Both the position numbers and the translations under genes were made by a program. DNA of 63,308 nucleotides, the filler included, from Sphingomonadaceae bacterium (GTDB lineage: Bacteria > Chloroflexota > UBA6077), in assembly GCA_050261575.1 (NCBI GenBank). It is 4 parts of 4 records of this genome, joined end to end, with 100 filler letters (N's around TTAATTAATTAA, not from the genome) between each part and the next. Parts side by side here need not be neighbours in the genome. Positions count along the whole stretch, not along the records: positions 50,407 to 63,308 come from JBLNDL010000051.1; 3 more parts are not named here. One strand, given 5' to 3'. Positions 63,266 through 63,308 of the stretch are shown piece by piece. Every line of letters begins with the position of its first letter. Position 1 is the first letter of the stretch. The notes under the pieces were generated by a model, which was given only the letters and a program-made list of their open reading frames with translations, had not been told where the DNA came from and did not search any database.

Positions 63266-63308
63266 ACAGCGCCCCACCCCCCGCGCAGCACCAAGTGGCG
63301 TAAACCAG

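Overview
GC-rich bacterial sequence, most plausibly from a monoderm anaerobe of the Chloroflexota (inferred from gene content only). The window is not one locus: three 100-bp N spacers containing TTAATTAATTAA (14595-14694, 38884-38983, 50307-50406) join four separate contigs. Contig 1 (1-14594) is a dense block of large polytopic GT-C-like membrane glycosyltransferases plus a decayed YfhO-family pseudogene. Contig 2 (14695-38883) carries a polysaccharide locus (2x GT4, WcaJ-type phosphoglycosyl transferase, GT-C-like protein, 2x Wzz-like, CpsD kinase, rmlA, rmlB), two orphan histidine kinases (MASE3; DosS-like GAF), fdhD, an LCP protein, ogt and a complete echABCDEF hydrogenase operon with a long, structured, terminator-containing upstream region. 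Contig 3 (38984-50306) holds an 11-subunit complex I-like operon (nuoABCDHIJKLMN, no nuoEFG). Contig 4 (50407-63308) holds two YfhO-family genes, a methyltransferase, a class A PBP, surE, a 30-aa bS22-like protein and a CaiB/BaiF CoA-transferase. No rRNA, tRNA, CRISPR array or transposase was recognised. Best leads: the ech leader (promoter, hairpin, terminator/antiterminator, 19-codon uORF), palindromic repeats translated inside proteins, the GT-C expansion, the DosS-like sensor and unexplained operator-like repeats. All product calls come from motif recognition by eye; no database search was run.
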